Shown here in pieces: positions 48,684-59,267 of a stretch of DNA of 64,000 bases (its first letter is position 1; every line of letters starts with the position of its first letter). A program made the position numbers and the translations under genes. This DNA is from Candidatus Bathyarchaeota archaeon (lineage in GTDB: Archaea > Thermoproteota > Bathyarchaeia > Bathyarchaeales > Bathycorpusculaceae): the NCBI GenBank assembly GCA_963832745.1, contig CAWHVC010000001.1:384001-448000 (forward strand), read 5' to 3'. The notes under the pieces were generated by a model. The model did not search any database, was not told the origin of the DNA, and saw only the letters and a list, made by a program, of their open reading frames with translations.

Positions 48684-49709
48684 TTGAAAGGCGATTTTTT
48701 GGTCCATATTAAACAGGAGCATGTAGATTCTCAAAAAATTGAGTTAGGATACTCCTTAATGTCAGAAGAACACCCGCCAAGCGAGTTGGTAAAGTTTGCC
48801 CAACTTGCAGAGCACGCAGGCTTTACTTTTGCCACCATTTCAGACCATTATCACCCTTGGCTGGACATACAAGGCCAAAGCCCATTTGTCTGGTCAACAT
48901 TAGGTGCAATTTCACAAGTAACAAAAACCATACGTTTAGGCACTGCAGTTACATGCCCCACAATGCGCATTCACCCCGCAATCATTGCTCAAGCAGCCGC
49001 AACCACAGCCGCCCTAATGCCCGGCAGATTCTTTCTCGGCGTAGGCACCGGCGAAAACCTAAACGAACACATTTTGGGCTCAATTTGGTCTCCTCACGAA
49101 ATCCGCAGCGCCATGCTTGAAGAAGCGGTAGACATCATTCGAGAACTCTGGAAAGGCAAAAACACAAGTTACTATGGCGACTTTTACGTTGTAGAAAACG
49201 CTCGAATCTACACTTTGCCCCCGAAGCCAATTCCTATTATTGTTGCTGCCGAAGGGCCAATAATGGCTATGACTGCTGGAGAAATCGGTGATGGATTAAT
49301 GAGCACAAAACCAGACAAAACATTTATAGAAAAATTCCATACCGCAGGCGGAAATACCGATTTACCATGTTACTGTCAAGCAACAGTCTGCTACGCGCAA
49401 GACGAGCAGGAAGCAAGAAAAATAGCTTATCAGCAATGGCCAATCCCAGCGGTACCTGAAGACCTTACACGCGAATTACCCACGCCCAAATATTTCGAAT
49501 CAACCTCAAAACTAATAACTGAAGAACAACTGTCAAAGGAAGTAGCAAACGGGCCAGACCCTGAAAGGCATATTGCGGTTATCAAGAAATATTTAGATGC
49601 AGGTTTCAGAAAAGTTTCTGTCCACAATATTGGGCCTTATCAGGAAGAATTTTTCAAAATGTATAAGGAGCAAGTAATTCCAGCAATTAAAAACTTAGAA
49701 AAACCCTAA
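48684..49709 (+). CDS. F420-dependent LLM-class oxidoreductase (G6PDH-like, TIGR03557-type)
   Basis: SEEHPP, ISDHYHPW, GTAVTCP, GTGENLNEH. Confidence 0.9.
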   Translation: MKGDFLVHIKQEHVDSQKIELGYSLMSEEHPPSELVKFAQLAEHAGFTFATISDHYHPWLDIQGQSPFVWSTLGAISQVTKTIRLGTAVTCPTMRIHPAIIAQAAATTAALMPGRFFLGVGTGENLNEHILGSIWSPHEIRSAMLEEAVDIIRELWKGKNTSYYGDFYVVENARIYTLPPKPIPIIVAAEGPIMAMTAGEIGDGLMSTKPDKTFIEKFHTAGGNTDLPCYCQATVCYAQDEQEARKIAYQQWPIPAVPEDLTRELPTPKYFESTSKLITEEQLSKEVANGPDPERHIAVIKKYLDAGFRKVSVHNIGPYQEEFFKMYKEQVIPAIKNLEKP

Positions 49710-50242
49710 AGCGTTTCAAGTATAATCTTAGTCACCTGCTCCACCAAATTATCTCTTGTTGCGCCAGTAACAGTAAAGATTTCAGCGTCTTCCCTCTGCT
49801 TAACCAACGATATTAAGGGGTCAGTTGCTTTTGCGTGTACAATTACCAGCACAGGTTTGCCACTTTCAAAAGCCAAATTTACCGCCTGCTTAAAATTTTC
49901 TGAATACAACTCCATGGGCCCAATCTCGTCGATTACTACAATTTGACATTTTTGAACTGCCTCGGTGACTGCTTGAACACCTATGTTGTCGAGGTCTTGA
50001 AGGTTAACACGATATTTACCGACTTGTGGTCCAGCATTCTGGTTGATATGTGAAAGCCAACCTTGCCTGCCACTGGTTAAATCTAAAATTTCAAAGCCGA
50101 CCCTCACATTGTGTTTTCTTGCTTCACGGCTTACCATTCCGCCAACTGTGACACCTTTGGCTCTAAGAGCGTCCACTACTTTTTGAAGCACAGTCGTTTT
50201 GCCTGTACCCGGAGCCCCAGTTAAAACGAAGATGCGTTTCAA
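49706..50242 (-). CDS. nucleoside-triphosphatase (THEP1/NTPase_1)
   Basis: LTGAPGTGKT, VGKYRV, IDEIGPMEL. Confidence 0.93.
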   Translation of the reverse strand: MKRIFVLTGAPGTGKTTVLQKVVDALRAKGVTVGGMVSREARKHNVRVGFEILDLTSGRQGWLSHINQNAGPQVGKYRVNLQDLDNIGVQAVTEAVQKCQIVVIDEIGPMELYSENFKQAVNLAFESGKPVLVIVHAKATDPLISLVKQREDAEIFTVTGATRDNLVEQVTKIILETL

Positions 50243-50318
50243 CCCACTTTTTGCCTCTACTATACCAGAAGTCTAATATTGCAAATAAAATCTTTTCAAT
50301 ACAAAACTGGATTGACAG

Positions 50319-51542
50319 ATGATGGCTGAAGAGTACACGGCAGATTTTCCAAGCGAAACAATCAAAGAAGGCAAAGTTGAAATTTTGGTGCCTCAACTTT
50401 CAGCCTACGGTGTGGTACCGTCAGATTACGCGCCGTCAAGGGCGCCAGTGTTTTATAATCCCGTCATGGAGTTCAACCGTGACCTATCAGTTTTAGCTTT
50501 CAAAGCCTATCAACATATGGCAGGTCATGAAATCAGCATCTGTGAACCCTTAACCAGCCAAGGAATCCGCGGAATCCGTTACGCCTCCGAAATCGAAGGA
50601 GTAAACCGCGTCCTTCTCAGCGACATTAACCATCACGCTTACGAGTTGGCAAATCACAACATCAAATACAACAACCTGCAAGACAAAATCACCCTAAAAC
50701 ACAAAGACGCAAACTGCGTCCTAAGCTGCAATGCTTCACCGAAAAAACGTTTTGACGTCATCGACATTGACCCATTCGGAACCCCTGTGCCTTACTTGGA
50801 TTCAGCGTTTAGAGCACTTAAAAATAAGGGCTTAATTGCTGTAACAGCTACGGATTTAGCGCCCCTTTGCGGTGTCCACGCTAAAGCTTGCGTCCGAAAA
50901 TACAGCGGCAAACCCATGCGTACAGAATACTGTCACGAGCTGGCGGTCAGGCTTTTGGGTGGTTGCATGGCGCAGATGGCGGCTAAACATGATATCGGCA
51001 TCAAAATCCTGTTCAGCCACAGCAGCGACCATTACATTCGAGTTTACGCTCAAATTGGCTACGGCTGCCAAAAAGCCGATGAAGCACTTAAAAACACAGG
51101 CTACATCCTACACTGTTTCAATTGCCTGCACAGGGAAACCACTCAGCACCTCTTCGGTTGCCCGACCTGTCCCGAATGCGGCACAAAAATGGATTATGCT
51201 GGCCCCTTGTGGATTGGCAGCATTAACGATGAAGCTTACATTGATCAGATTCTAAAGGAGAATCAGGAAGTGGCGTTTAAGAACAGCGGCAAAATCAACA
51301 AACTCTTAACCACAATCAAAGCTGAAGCTCAAGCACCCACAACCTATTACGTGCTTGACCGCATAAGCAAAAAACTCAGCTTGCCCCCAACCTCGACACA
51401 AGCATTCTTGACCGCTTTAAAGGACAGCGGTTATCAAGCGGTGCAATCCCATTTCAACCCCCGAGGCATAAAAACCGATGCGCCAGCGCTTGCAATGCAG
51501 AAAACTTTAAAGAAACTTTTAGAGCCGAAAAGCAGTAGTTGA
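50319..51542 (+). CDS. trm1: tRNA (guanine26-N2)-dimethyltransferase
   Basis: VFYNPVM..NRD, GIRGIRY, DIDPFG, TATD, GPLW.G. Confidence 0.95.
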   Translation: MMAEEYTADFPSETIKEGKVEILVPQLSAYGVVPSDYAPSRAPVFYNPVMEFNRDLSVLAFKAYQHMAGHEISICEPLTSQGIRGIRYASEIEGVNRVLLSDINHHAYELANHNIKYNNLQDKITLKHKDANCVLSCNASPKKRFDVIDIDPFGTPVPYLDSAFRALKNKGLIAVTATDLAPLCGVHAKACVRKYSGKPMRTEYCHELAVRLLGGCMAQMAAKHDIGIKILFSHSSDHYIRVYAQIGYGCQKADEALKNTGYILHCFNCLHRETTQHLFGCPTCPECGTKMDYAGPLWIGSINDEAYIDQILKENQEVAFKNSGKINKLLTTIKAEAQAPTTYYVLDRISKKLSLPPTSTQAFLTALKDSGYQAVQSHFNPRGIKTDAPALAMQKTLKKLLEPKSSS

Positions 51543-52024
51543 AAAGGCTTAAGCGCAAAACTGCATACTTTCTTTTTGTGATTCTTGTGGTTAGCTTTGA
51601 GAAAGAAATTGAGGAAATGGTAAATCGGGAAACCCATGCTTGGGACACAAAAAATGTAGAGTTGCTGCTTTCACTTTTTCATCCTGACATGGTTTGGCCT
51701 TGGCCACTAAATGCACAGTCGCATAACCCAGTAAATTGGGTTCTTGAAATGGGTAAGTATGATTACGACAGGTGGAAAGGTGGCTGGCAACGCCTTTTTG
51801 ACACGCACACTTTGGCGCATAATAACAGAAAAATCCGGAAAATTGTGGTTTCTAAAGAAGGAAACGGCGGCTTTGCAGTTGTTGACGTTGACACTTTATG
51901 GGTTGATTCTAAAGGCCAGCAAAATCATTGGAAAGGCAGAGCCTGCAAAGTTTACACTAAAATAGGGAACGAATGGAAACTGATTATGCATACTGGGCTA
52001 CTGGATTACACAACAAAAGTTTAA
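51539..52024 (+). CDS. NTF2/SnoaL-like protein
   Basis: AWD....LLSLFHPD, AVVDVDTLW, WKLIMHTG; start uncertain. Confidence 0.75.
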   Translation: MKRLKRKTAYFLFVILVVSFEKEIEEMVNRETHAWDTKNVELLLSLFHPDMVWPWPLNAQSHNPVNWVLEMGKYDYDRWKGGWQRLFDTHTLAHNNRKIRKIVVSKEGNGGFAVVDVDTLWVDSKGQQNHWKGRACKVYTKIGNEWKLIMHTGLLDYTTKV

Positions 52025-52064
52025 AGAGCAAAACCTATCTTCCTAAACAGTAAAGTGAGCATTA

Positions 52065-52871
52065 ATGAACGATAAAGTTGCAGTTATCGGCGCAGGCATG
52101 ATGGGAAGCGCCATAATCAAAAGCCTCGTTAAAGGCGGCTATAAAGGCCAAATCACCGCAGTTGATCTTCAAGTTGAGAAGCTTAAAGAGCTTGAAAAAA
52201 TCGGTGTAAAAACTGGTTCAGACAACCAAAAAGCCGCCGCAGACTCAGACATAGTTTTTGTCATCGTTAAACCCGGCGACGTAGAAAAAGTCTTAAAAGA
52301 AACAAGCAAAGAAACAAAAGGCAAACTCGTAATTTCTGTTGCTGCAACCGTGACACTCTCATTTCTGCGTAAACATGCGCCTGAAGCTAAAATTGTGCGT
52401 ATAATGCCTAACTTGGGTGCCATGGTGCAGGCTGCTTACACGGCTTACTGCTGTGAACCAAACGTAACCACCACTGACAAACAAAAAGTCCAAACCATAC
52501 TGAAAATGATGGGCGAATGCGATGAAATGGATGAGAAATACATGGACGCTATTACAGCGGTTAGCGGAAGCGGACCAGGCTACATGTCAATTATTATTGA
52601 AGCTTTAACCTATGCAGGCCTCAAAGTTGGCTTACCCAGAAATATTGCTCTAAAAAGTGCCGCCCAAACGGTTCTTGGCACAGCAAAACTTGTAATTGAC
52701 CTAAACGAAGACCCAGCAAAAATTAAAGACATGACAACAACCCCCGGCGGAACAACCATTGAAGCTATCTACCAAATCGAGCAAAGCCAAATCCGACCCG
52801 CAATGATACGCGCCATCGAAGAAGCCACAAAGAAGAGTGCTCAAATCCGAGAAAAACTTAACCTGACATGA
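52065..52871 (+). CDS. proC: pyrroline-5-carboxylate reductase
   Basis: IGAGMMG, VKP, RIMPN, TAVSGSGP, TPGGTT. Confidence 0.96.
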   Translation: MNDKVAVIGAGMMGSAIIKSLVKGGYKGQITAVDLQVEKLKELEKIGVKTGSDNQKAAADSDIVFVIVKPGDVEKVLKETSKETKGKLVISVAATVTLSFLRKHAPEAKIVRIMPNLGAMVQAAYTAYCCEPNVTTTDKQKVQTILKMMGECDEMDEKYMDAITAVSGSGPGYMSIIIEALTYAGLKVGLPRNIALKSAAQTVLGTAKLVIDLNEDPAKIKDMTTTPGGTTIEAIYQIEQSQIRPAMIRAIEEATKKSAQIREKLNLT

Positions 52872-52881
52872 GAACCGCTGA

Positions 52882-53538
52882 ATGTTTGAAGCAGTAATTT
52901 TTGATTGGGACGGGACGCTTGCTGATACGCGGGCGGTCATTGTCTCTTCTTTTAAACAAACTCTACAAGAAGTCGGCATCATCATACCTGACGAGTATAT
53001 TGAGCGGCGAATGGGTATTGGTGCAGCAGAAACTTTTCGTGAAATACTGCGGGAAGCAGATAGACCTGTTGATGAAAAGATAGTTAAGCAGTTAGTTGAA
53101 AATAAAAGTCAACAACAAATCGATCTAAAAGACACAGTGCAACTCTTTCCAGGCGCAGTTGACCTTTTAGAGGCTTTTAAGGGCAAAACCAAGATTGGAT
53201 TAGCTTCAATGAACAGCAAAAAAGTAATCGAAGCCATAATCAAGGCAAAAAGGTTAGAAAAATATTTCCAAATAATAATCACAGCTGAAGCGGTTACACA
53301 TTCTAAGCCTCACCCAGAAATCTTCCTTAAATGCGCACAACAACTAAACACGTTACCCACAAGTTGTGTGGTTGTTGAGGATTCACTTTTCGGGGTTAAA
53401 GCCGCCAAAGCTGCAAACATGAGCTGCATCGCAGTTACAACCGGCGCATACAGCAAACAGGAACTGGAAAAAGAGAAGCCTGACGTGATTGTTGCAAGCC
53501 TAAAAAGTCCTAAAGTGCTTGATTTTGTTTTAAGTTAA
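52882..53538 (+). CDS. HAD-family phosphatase
   Basis: FDWDGTLAD, KPHPE, VEDS..G. Confidence 0.93.
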   Translation: MFEAVIFDWDGTLADTRAVIVSSFKQTLQEVGIIIPDEYIERRMGIGAAETFREILREADRPVDEKIVKQLVENKSQQQIDLKDTVQLFPGAVDLLEAFKGKTKIGLASMNSKKVIEAIIKAKRLEKYFQIIITAEAVTHSKPHPEIFLKCAQQLNTLPTSCVVVEDSLFGVKAAKAANMSCIAVTTGAYSKQELEKEKPDVIVASLKSPKVLDFVLS

Positions 53539-53546
53539 TAATAACT

Positions 53547-53570
53547 TGTAGTTGTGTTCAACCAGTCACA
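53547..53570 (+). promoter_or_regulatory. 24-bp palindromic operator copy 6
   Basis: TGTAGTTG-TGTTCAAC-CAGTCACA, then 4 nt, then CTTAAA. Confidence 0.62.
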
Positions 53571-53626
53571 TAACCTTAAACGCTTTTGAATGCAAAGATA
53601 GATTTGCGTAAAATACGTGAAATGAC

Positions 53627-53911
53627 ATGAAGGGCTTTACGGGCAACAAAAAATGCAGGAAACCGCTATTCCAAGTGCTACTTTTAGATAACGACACAAG
53701 TCTCAACGTGCAAGTACAAGAAGCCCCAAACGTTAATTATTCAACGGTAAAAGAGCACCTCAAAAACGGCGGAAGCGTGTTTATCACAAGCAAAAAACAA
53801 CAGAAGCCATTACCATCAAAAACAGGCAAAGCTCAACAAAACTACACTGCAACCCGAAGAAACTATGGAGCCCTCATGCAAGAAACGTATGAAAAGCAAA
53901 ATTTTGTGTGA
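53627..53911 (+). CDS. small hypothetical protein
   Basis: 94-aa ORF with its own promoter motif; LFQVLLL...HLKNGGSVFITS. Confidence 0.65.
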   Translation: MKGFTGNKKCRKPLFQVLLLDNDTSLNVQVQEAPNVNYSTVKEHLKNGGSVFITSKKQQKPLPSKTGKAQQNYTATRRNYGALMQETYEKQNFV

Positions 53912-53978
53912 CGTGCATCCACTGATTCCCTTTACCCCCCTCTCTCTTCCGTAAACTGATTTTTTGGATGCACGCCAC
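53908..53978. other. 14-bp inverted repeat (hairpin) around a pyrimidine-rich loop
   Basis: GTGACGTGCATCCA (53908-53921) pairs with TGGATGCACGCCAC (53965-53978), 13 of 14 complementary. Confidence 0.55.
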
Positions 53979-54302
53979 TCCCGCTAACAAATTATTTTTA
54001 ATTGATGTTTGACGAGTTTTCTCCAAATTTTTCCTAAGAAGTTTGTTCTAAAAAAGTTGAGAGGCGACTTCGTTAGTCGCGTGAAGGAACGTTTTCGGGG
54101 GCTTTTGGGGCTTAATAAGGTGTCCAGTCGGCTACTGAGTCTCTTGTGTTAAGGTTAACTTTTTACATTAAATTGTTTGCGCATAGGTGGCACCTTCAAA
54201 AAAGTCTGTAATGGCAGACTGAAAATATACGATTATGTTGGCGCGTTGGCTGGAAAAACAGCGACAAAGCTTTTGCTAAATCAACGGGGTTTTTGTGAGT
54301 TT

Positions 54303-54326
54303 TGTTGCTATTTGTCGTCAGTCACA
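54303..54326 (+). promoter_or_regulatory. 24-bp palindromic operator copy 7, upstream of the pLGIC homolog
   Basis: TGTTGCTA-TTTGTCGT-CAGTCACA, then 4 nt, then CTTAAG. Confidence 0.58.
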
Positions 54327-54450
54327 AAGGCTTAAGAACCAACTAATTCACCATTATTCCAGTAAATAGAGCATTAAACTACTGTTACGGTAGTTTGTCT
54401 AGTTTCTGAAAAAAGCTTCTTGTGGCAAAAAATGGTTAGGGAATATATCT

Positions 54451-55500
54451 TTGAAAAACAAAAAGTCTCGATTAGCCTGTTTTTTGAGTGTTGTTGGCAT
54501 TATTTTGGTTTTATCAACCGTTTTTCTTTTTCCTAATTCAGCAGTTGCAGAAGAAGCAACGCCTCTGAATTCTCAGGATTACCCCGAAATTGTATTGTTG
54601 CAAGTCACGGATAATGCTTCATCGTTTGAAACTAACACGTTATACATGGGTGTTTGGTTGATTAACATTTACGATTATCAATATCTTGCAGGCGATTACA
54701 CGTTTGATTTTTACCTGTTCTTTTTATGGGTTGATAATAGTCCTAACATGACTCAGGTTGATTGGCAAATCGTAAATGGGTACCTAGTTAACCCAACCAC
54801 TCTTGCGGGTGTAGATAGAAACTTAACCGGCCCAATAAAATATGACATTTACAGGGTAACTACCCGTTTAAGCACGCCACCTGACGCCGTCGATTATCCG
54901 TTTGACCCAATTTATATGGGGATAAATTTTGATTTTATAACCCATGGATACTACCAGAAAGTTGTTTGGCTTGAAAACCAAACAGGCATTGATCAGGCTT
55001 TTAGAAATCCTGGGTGGGTAACAACCAACGTTAACTTAACTTCAACAATTCACCAGTACCCATTAAACGTGGATTTACCCCGAGCAAGCATGACTTTAAC
55101 GCAAGTAAGACAAAGAATAGTGCTGAGTATTCAATCCTTTATTCCACCATTAATCTTTGCGATTGTCTCAGGTTTCTCTTTTCTTTTTGGACTCAAAGAT
55201 TCAGGCGCTGTAGCTTTACGTATAGGTTTGAACACTTCAATGTTAGTTACCACGTTGCTGTACAATTTTGCAGCTGCTAATGGTATTCCGCCTGCTTCAA
55301 CTATTACAATTTACGGCATGTTCATTCTTGCGGTGCTCATTTTTATGGTAACTAACCTGATTGTTACAATTGTTGGAATCGTTGATTGGATGCGTTTTAG
55401 GAACGAAAAAACAATCAAGCGTATCAATCAGTGGGGCTTAGTGTTAACCGTCGGTTTACCGATATTACTTTTTTTTATAATGTACTTTTTAAGAGGTTAA
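54451..55500 (+). CDS. pentameric ligand-gated ion channel (GLIC/ELIC-like) homolog
   Basis: Signal peptide; beta-rich extracellular domain with YTFDFYLFFLW and Pro-loop YPFD; W in PGW; pre-M1 Arg and M1 Pro (FIPP); four TM segments with an M2-M3 IPP. Confidence 0.78.
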   Translation: MKNKKSRLACFLSVVGIILVLSTVFLFPNSAVAEEATPLNSQDYPEIVLLQVTDNASSFETNTLYMGVWLINIYDYQYLAGDYTFDFYLFFLWVDNSPNMTQVDWQIVNGYLVNPTTLAGVDRNLTGPIKYDIYRVTTRLSTPPDAVDYPFDPIYMGINFDFITHGYYQKVVWLENQTGIDQAFRNPGWVTTNVNLTSTIHQYPLNVDLPRASMTLTQVRQRIVLSIQSFIPPLIFAIVSGFSFLFGLKDSGAVALRIGLNTSMLVTTLLYNFAAANGIPPASTITIYGMFILAVLIFMVTNLIVTIVGIVDWMRFRNEKTIKRINQWGLVLTVGLPILLFFIMYFLRG

Positions 55501-55507
55501 GCGGAAA

Positions 55508-57008
55508 TTGGCAGAAAAAAGCAGCAAAAAATCGTTTCTAAGCTCAAAAGTTCTTCCCTTGGCGTTAGCACAATTCATCTGCAGTTACGCCGCTTCAAAC
55601 ATGAACGTAGCAATCAGCGATATCGCCCGAGACTTAAACACGGATGTACAAGGCGTCCAGTTGGCAATAACTTTTTTCACTTTAACAATGGCTGCTTTAA
55701 TGATTCCCGGAAGCAAACTCACCGACATTTCAGGAGGCAAAAAAATCTTCCAGAATAGGCCTTATCGTTTATACGTTGGGCGGTTTGTTAGCGGCACTTG
55801 CTCCAGCTTTGAGCATACTGATTTTCGGTTACTCCCTGCTTGAAGGGTTAGGCTCGGCTCTTTTGATTCCCCCCGTTTACATTTTAGTTACTGTTTCCTA
55901 CACGGGGATTGCACGGGCAAGAAACTTGAATCATCAGCGCCGCTGCAGGAATCGGATCAGTAGCTGGGCAGTCAATTGGCGGTATAATCACCACTGCGGT
56001 TAGTTGGCGTGCCTCGTTTTTGGTTCAAGTGCTTGTTGTATTAGCAATTTTACTTCTTACAATGAAAATTATTGAACCAAAAAAGACGGGCCCCAAGCAT
56101 CATTTTGATATTGTCAGCGCCGTTTTGTCAGCACTTGGCTTAGTAATTATTATTATTGGTCTTCAAACAACATCTGCTTACGGCTGGTTCGTTGCATCCA
56201 AAAACTTTGTCGTCAACAACGTTGTCGTTTTGCCCCAGGGCAGCATTTCACCGTTTCTTATTTTCCTTGCCATAGGAGTACTCTTTAACGTTAGGTTTTA
56301 TCTTTCAATCCGTCACAGAGAACGAATCGGCAAAGAACCACTTCTGCAAACACATATTTTGCATAATAAAACTTCTAAACTTGGGTTTAGTTACTCAGAT
56401 TGTTCAGTGGCTGATTCTTCAGGGAAGCTTCTTTGTTATCTCAGTTTTTCTGCAGACAGTACGGGGCTTTACAGCTATAGAAACAGGTTTAATTTTAACT
56501 TCCGCCACCATTGGCGTTTTATTTACTTCAGGCATAGCGGGAAGGCTTGCTAAAAAACAGTCTCAAAGATTAAACATTCGAGGAGGCTCTCATCTTAACC
56601 AATATTGGCATCGTGCTTTTACTTGTTCTTTCAGGATGCCACGTCAAACATATTCTTTTTCTTACTGGATTATTTCTTATCGGAGCTGGCGTAGGCATAA
56701 TGTTAACGTCTTCAGTTAACGTTGTGCAATCTGCTTTTCCTGAAAAAGAACAAGGCGAAATTTCAGGTTTATCCCGAAGCGTCTCGAATTTGGGTTCATC
56801 ACTGGGGGTATCAATAGTCGGTTCAGTTCTGGTTTCTGTTGCAATCCCAAAGAATGAGCCTTACGTTTTAGCACTTGTTGTAATGGTTGCGATTGCAGTG
56901 TTTGGTTTAATTGCAGCAATTCTTATACCTAACACGCCGCCACAAAAAATCGAAAACACACCGTCCAACAAAAAGCCAACCTCTAAAAGCAAACCATGGA
57001 AACAGTGA
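55508..57008 (+). pseudogene. DHA2-type MFS transporter broken by several frameshifts
   Basis: Consecutive MFS segments spread over ORFs 55508, 55776, 56020, 56381 and 56613. Confidence 0.8.
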
Positions 57009-57077
57009 TTGCTAAACAAAGTTATTAGCGTAAAAATCAGCAAATAAGCTAAAAAGCAATTTTCTTTTGTATCGATT

Positions 57078-59225
57078 ATGCACCAACAAACCCATTTATG
57101 CCTAAAAAACAAAAACTATATGGAGTGGGCAGGTTTGATATTGCCCAAAATTGTTTTTTCAGAAAACGAACTTTCAAACTTTGATGATTCAATCCATAAG
57201 GAATGGTTAATCACTAACGGGTTAGGCAGCTACTCGTCTAGCACAATTTTAGGAATAAACACCCGCAAATATCACGCACTGCTTGTTGCTGCGTTGCGAC
57301 CACCCGGAGAGCGAACCGTTTGCTTATCAAAACTTGATGAAGACGTTGAAGTTAATGAAAGCAATTACAGGTTGGGTGCCAACGATTTTCGTAATGGGAT
57401 ATATCCTCAAGGTTACCTCTTTTTAAAAGATTTTTCTGTTTCTCCCTTCCCAACATACCGTTACGTTGCAAATGATGTTGAGCTGCAAAAAACTGTTTTC
57501 TTGCCTTTCGAAAAAAACGCTGTTATAGCGGTTTATTATGTTAACAACCAAGCAGGCACAGATTGTACAATCAAAATTTACCCATTAATATCCTTCAGGC
57601 ACTACCACTACGTAATTGATCGGCAATCACTTCCAGAATTCACCCAGCACAATAACGACAAAGACGTCGAGTTAACCTTCAAAGACCCCTCAGCAACAAT
57701 AATAGCACAAGCAATCAACGGCAAATTTACTGCATCACCACAATGGATAGACGGCATTTTTTATCCAGAAGAAGAAAGCCGCGGTGAATCCAATTTAGAC
57801 GAAGGATACCAACCGGGAACTTTTGAGTTTCAAATACCAAAACATAGCAAAAAAGAATTTGCCATAGTAACGGCAGTCAACTCTGACCCGTATGAAACAA
57901 AAGAAGCGTTAAACAGGTTTGGCTCAAACGTAGATGACATAAAAAGGCTGTTTAGTCAAGAAGTAAAACGCAGGATCAACTACTTAACTGAATTTTATAA
58001 TAACTCAAAAATAATGCCAAGTGACGAGTTAAGCTGGATTCTGCAAGCTGCCAACAGTTTTATTGCTAAAGGGTTAGCTGAACAGCAGAGATTCATTATT
58101 GCAGGTTTTCACTGGTTTGGCAGTTGGGGCAGAGACACTTTTGTTTCTTTGCCTGGACTCATGCTGGTTACAGGCAGGTTTACTGAAGCTCGAAATGTGA
58201 TTTCTGATTACGCAAAATACTGCAATAAAGGCGTTATCCCAAACCTTATTGATGACAAAACAGGCGAACCGTTATACAACACCGTTGACGGCACACTTTG
58301 GTTTATCAATTCACTTCTACAATATCTCAAGTATACAGACGATTACGATTTTGTAAAAAGCAATCTATGGGAAACCTTAACAGGCATAATTGAAAATCAC
58401 CGCAAAGGTACAATTAACGGCATTCACGTAAATACTGACGGATTACTTGCGCATGGTCCCCAACTTACATGGATGGACACTGTAGTAAATGGTGTTCCAT
58501 ACACTCCTCGAGCAGGAAAAGCAATAGAAGTCCAAGCATTATGGTACAACGCTTTACGTACAGTCCAGTTTCTTGCAGAAAGATTCGGGTACAAAAAAAA
58601 TGCAGACGACTATTATTTTATGGCGGAAAGAGCGAGAAAAAGTTTTAACGATAAATTCTGGAACAACCAAGAAAACTGTTTATTTGATGTTATAAGCGAC
58701 GAGGGTCCTGACTATTCTGTGCGGCCTAACCAAGTTATTGCTGCTGCTTTAGATTTTAACATTATCGACAAGCTTAGGGCTAATCAGGTGGTTGATTTTG
58801 TTCAAAGAGAACTTTTCACTCCTGCAGGGTTACGAACGCTTCCACCTAACGATTCACGTTACAAAGGAAACTATGCAGGCAACCGAGAAGACCGAGACCG
58901 CGCATACCATAGTGGTTCAATCTGGCCATGGCAAACAGGACTCTTCACGACAGCTTATCTAAAAGCAAAAGGCTACGCAGAAGTGAATAGGCAGTACGCT
59001 TTGTACTATTTTATACGACCATTATTTACTACTCAGATTCGCCGAGGAGGATTAGGAACAGTTAGCGAAATTTATGATGCCGACGCACCTTACCTTCCGA
59101 GGGGTTGTATAGCTCAAGCATGGAGTGTCGCCGAACCGTTAAGGGCATATGTTGAAGACGTGTCACTAGTTAGACCAAAATTTGAAAGAAAAGTTCTGTC
59201 GGTCTCACTCAGCATCACCGCATAA
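57078..59225 (+). CDS. glycogen debranching enzyme, archaeal type (amylo-alpha-1,6-glucosidase)
   Basis: EWLITNGLG, WGRDTF, TWMD, RPNQ, YHSGSIWPW, QAWSVAE; start probably near 57135-57141. Confidence 0.93.
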   Translation: MHQQTHLCLKNKNYMEWAGLILPKIVFSENELSNFDDSIHKEWLITNGLGSYSSSTILGINTRKYHALLVAALRPPGERTVCLSKLDEDVEVNESNYRLGANDFRNGIYPQGYLFLKDFSVSPFPTYRYVANDVELQKTVFLPFEKNAVIAVYYVNNQAGTDCTIKIYPLISFRHYHYVIDRQSLPEFTQHNNDKDVELTFKDPSATIIAQAINGKFTASPQWIDGIFYPEEESRGESNLDEGYQPGTFEFQIPKHSKKEFAIVTAVNSDPYETKEALNRFGSNVDDIKRLFSQEVKRRINYLTEFYNNSKIMPSDELSWILQAANSFIAKGLAEQQRFIIAGFHWFGSWGRDTFVSLPGLMLVTGRFTEARNVISDYAKYCNKGVIPNLIDDKTGEPLYNTVDGTLWFINSLLQYLKYTDDYDFVKSNLWETLTGIIENHRKGTINGIHVNTDGLLAHGPQLTWMDTVVNGVPYTPRAGKAIEVQALWYNALRTVQFLAERFGYKKNADDYYFMAERARKSFNDKFWNNQENCLFDVISDEGPDYSVRPNQVIAAALDFNIIDKLRANQVVDFVQRELFTPAGLRTLPPNDSRYKGNYAGNREDRDRAYHSGSIWPWQTGLFTTAYLKAKGYAEVNRQYALYYFIRPLFTTQIRRGGLGTVSEIYDADAPYLPRGCIAQAWSVAEPLRAYVEDVSLVRPKFERKVLSVSLSITA

Positions 59226-59267
59226 ACAAGCAAATCCAATTTTTTTTAAAAAAAGTTAAGTGGAAGG

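Noticed and set aside
57004-57027. Possible ninth operator copy upstream of the debranching enzyme (AGTGATTG...)
   Set aside because: Only one arm matches; the second arm and the TATA spacing do not fit.
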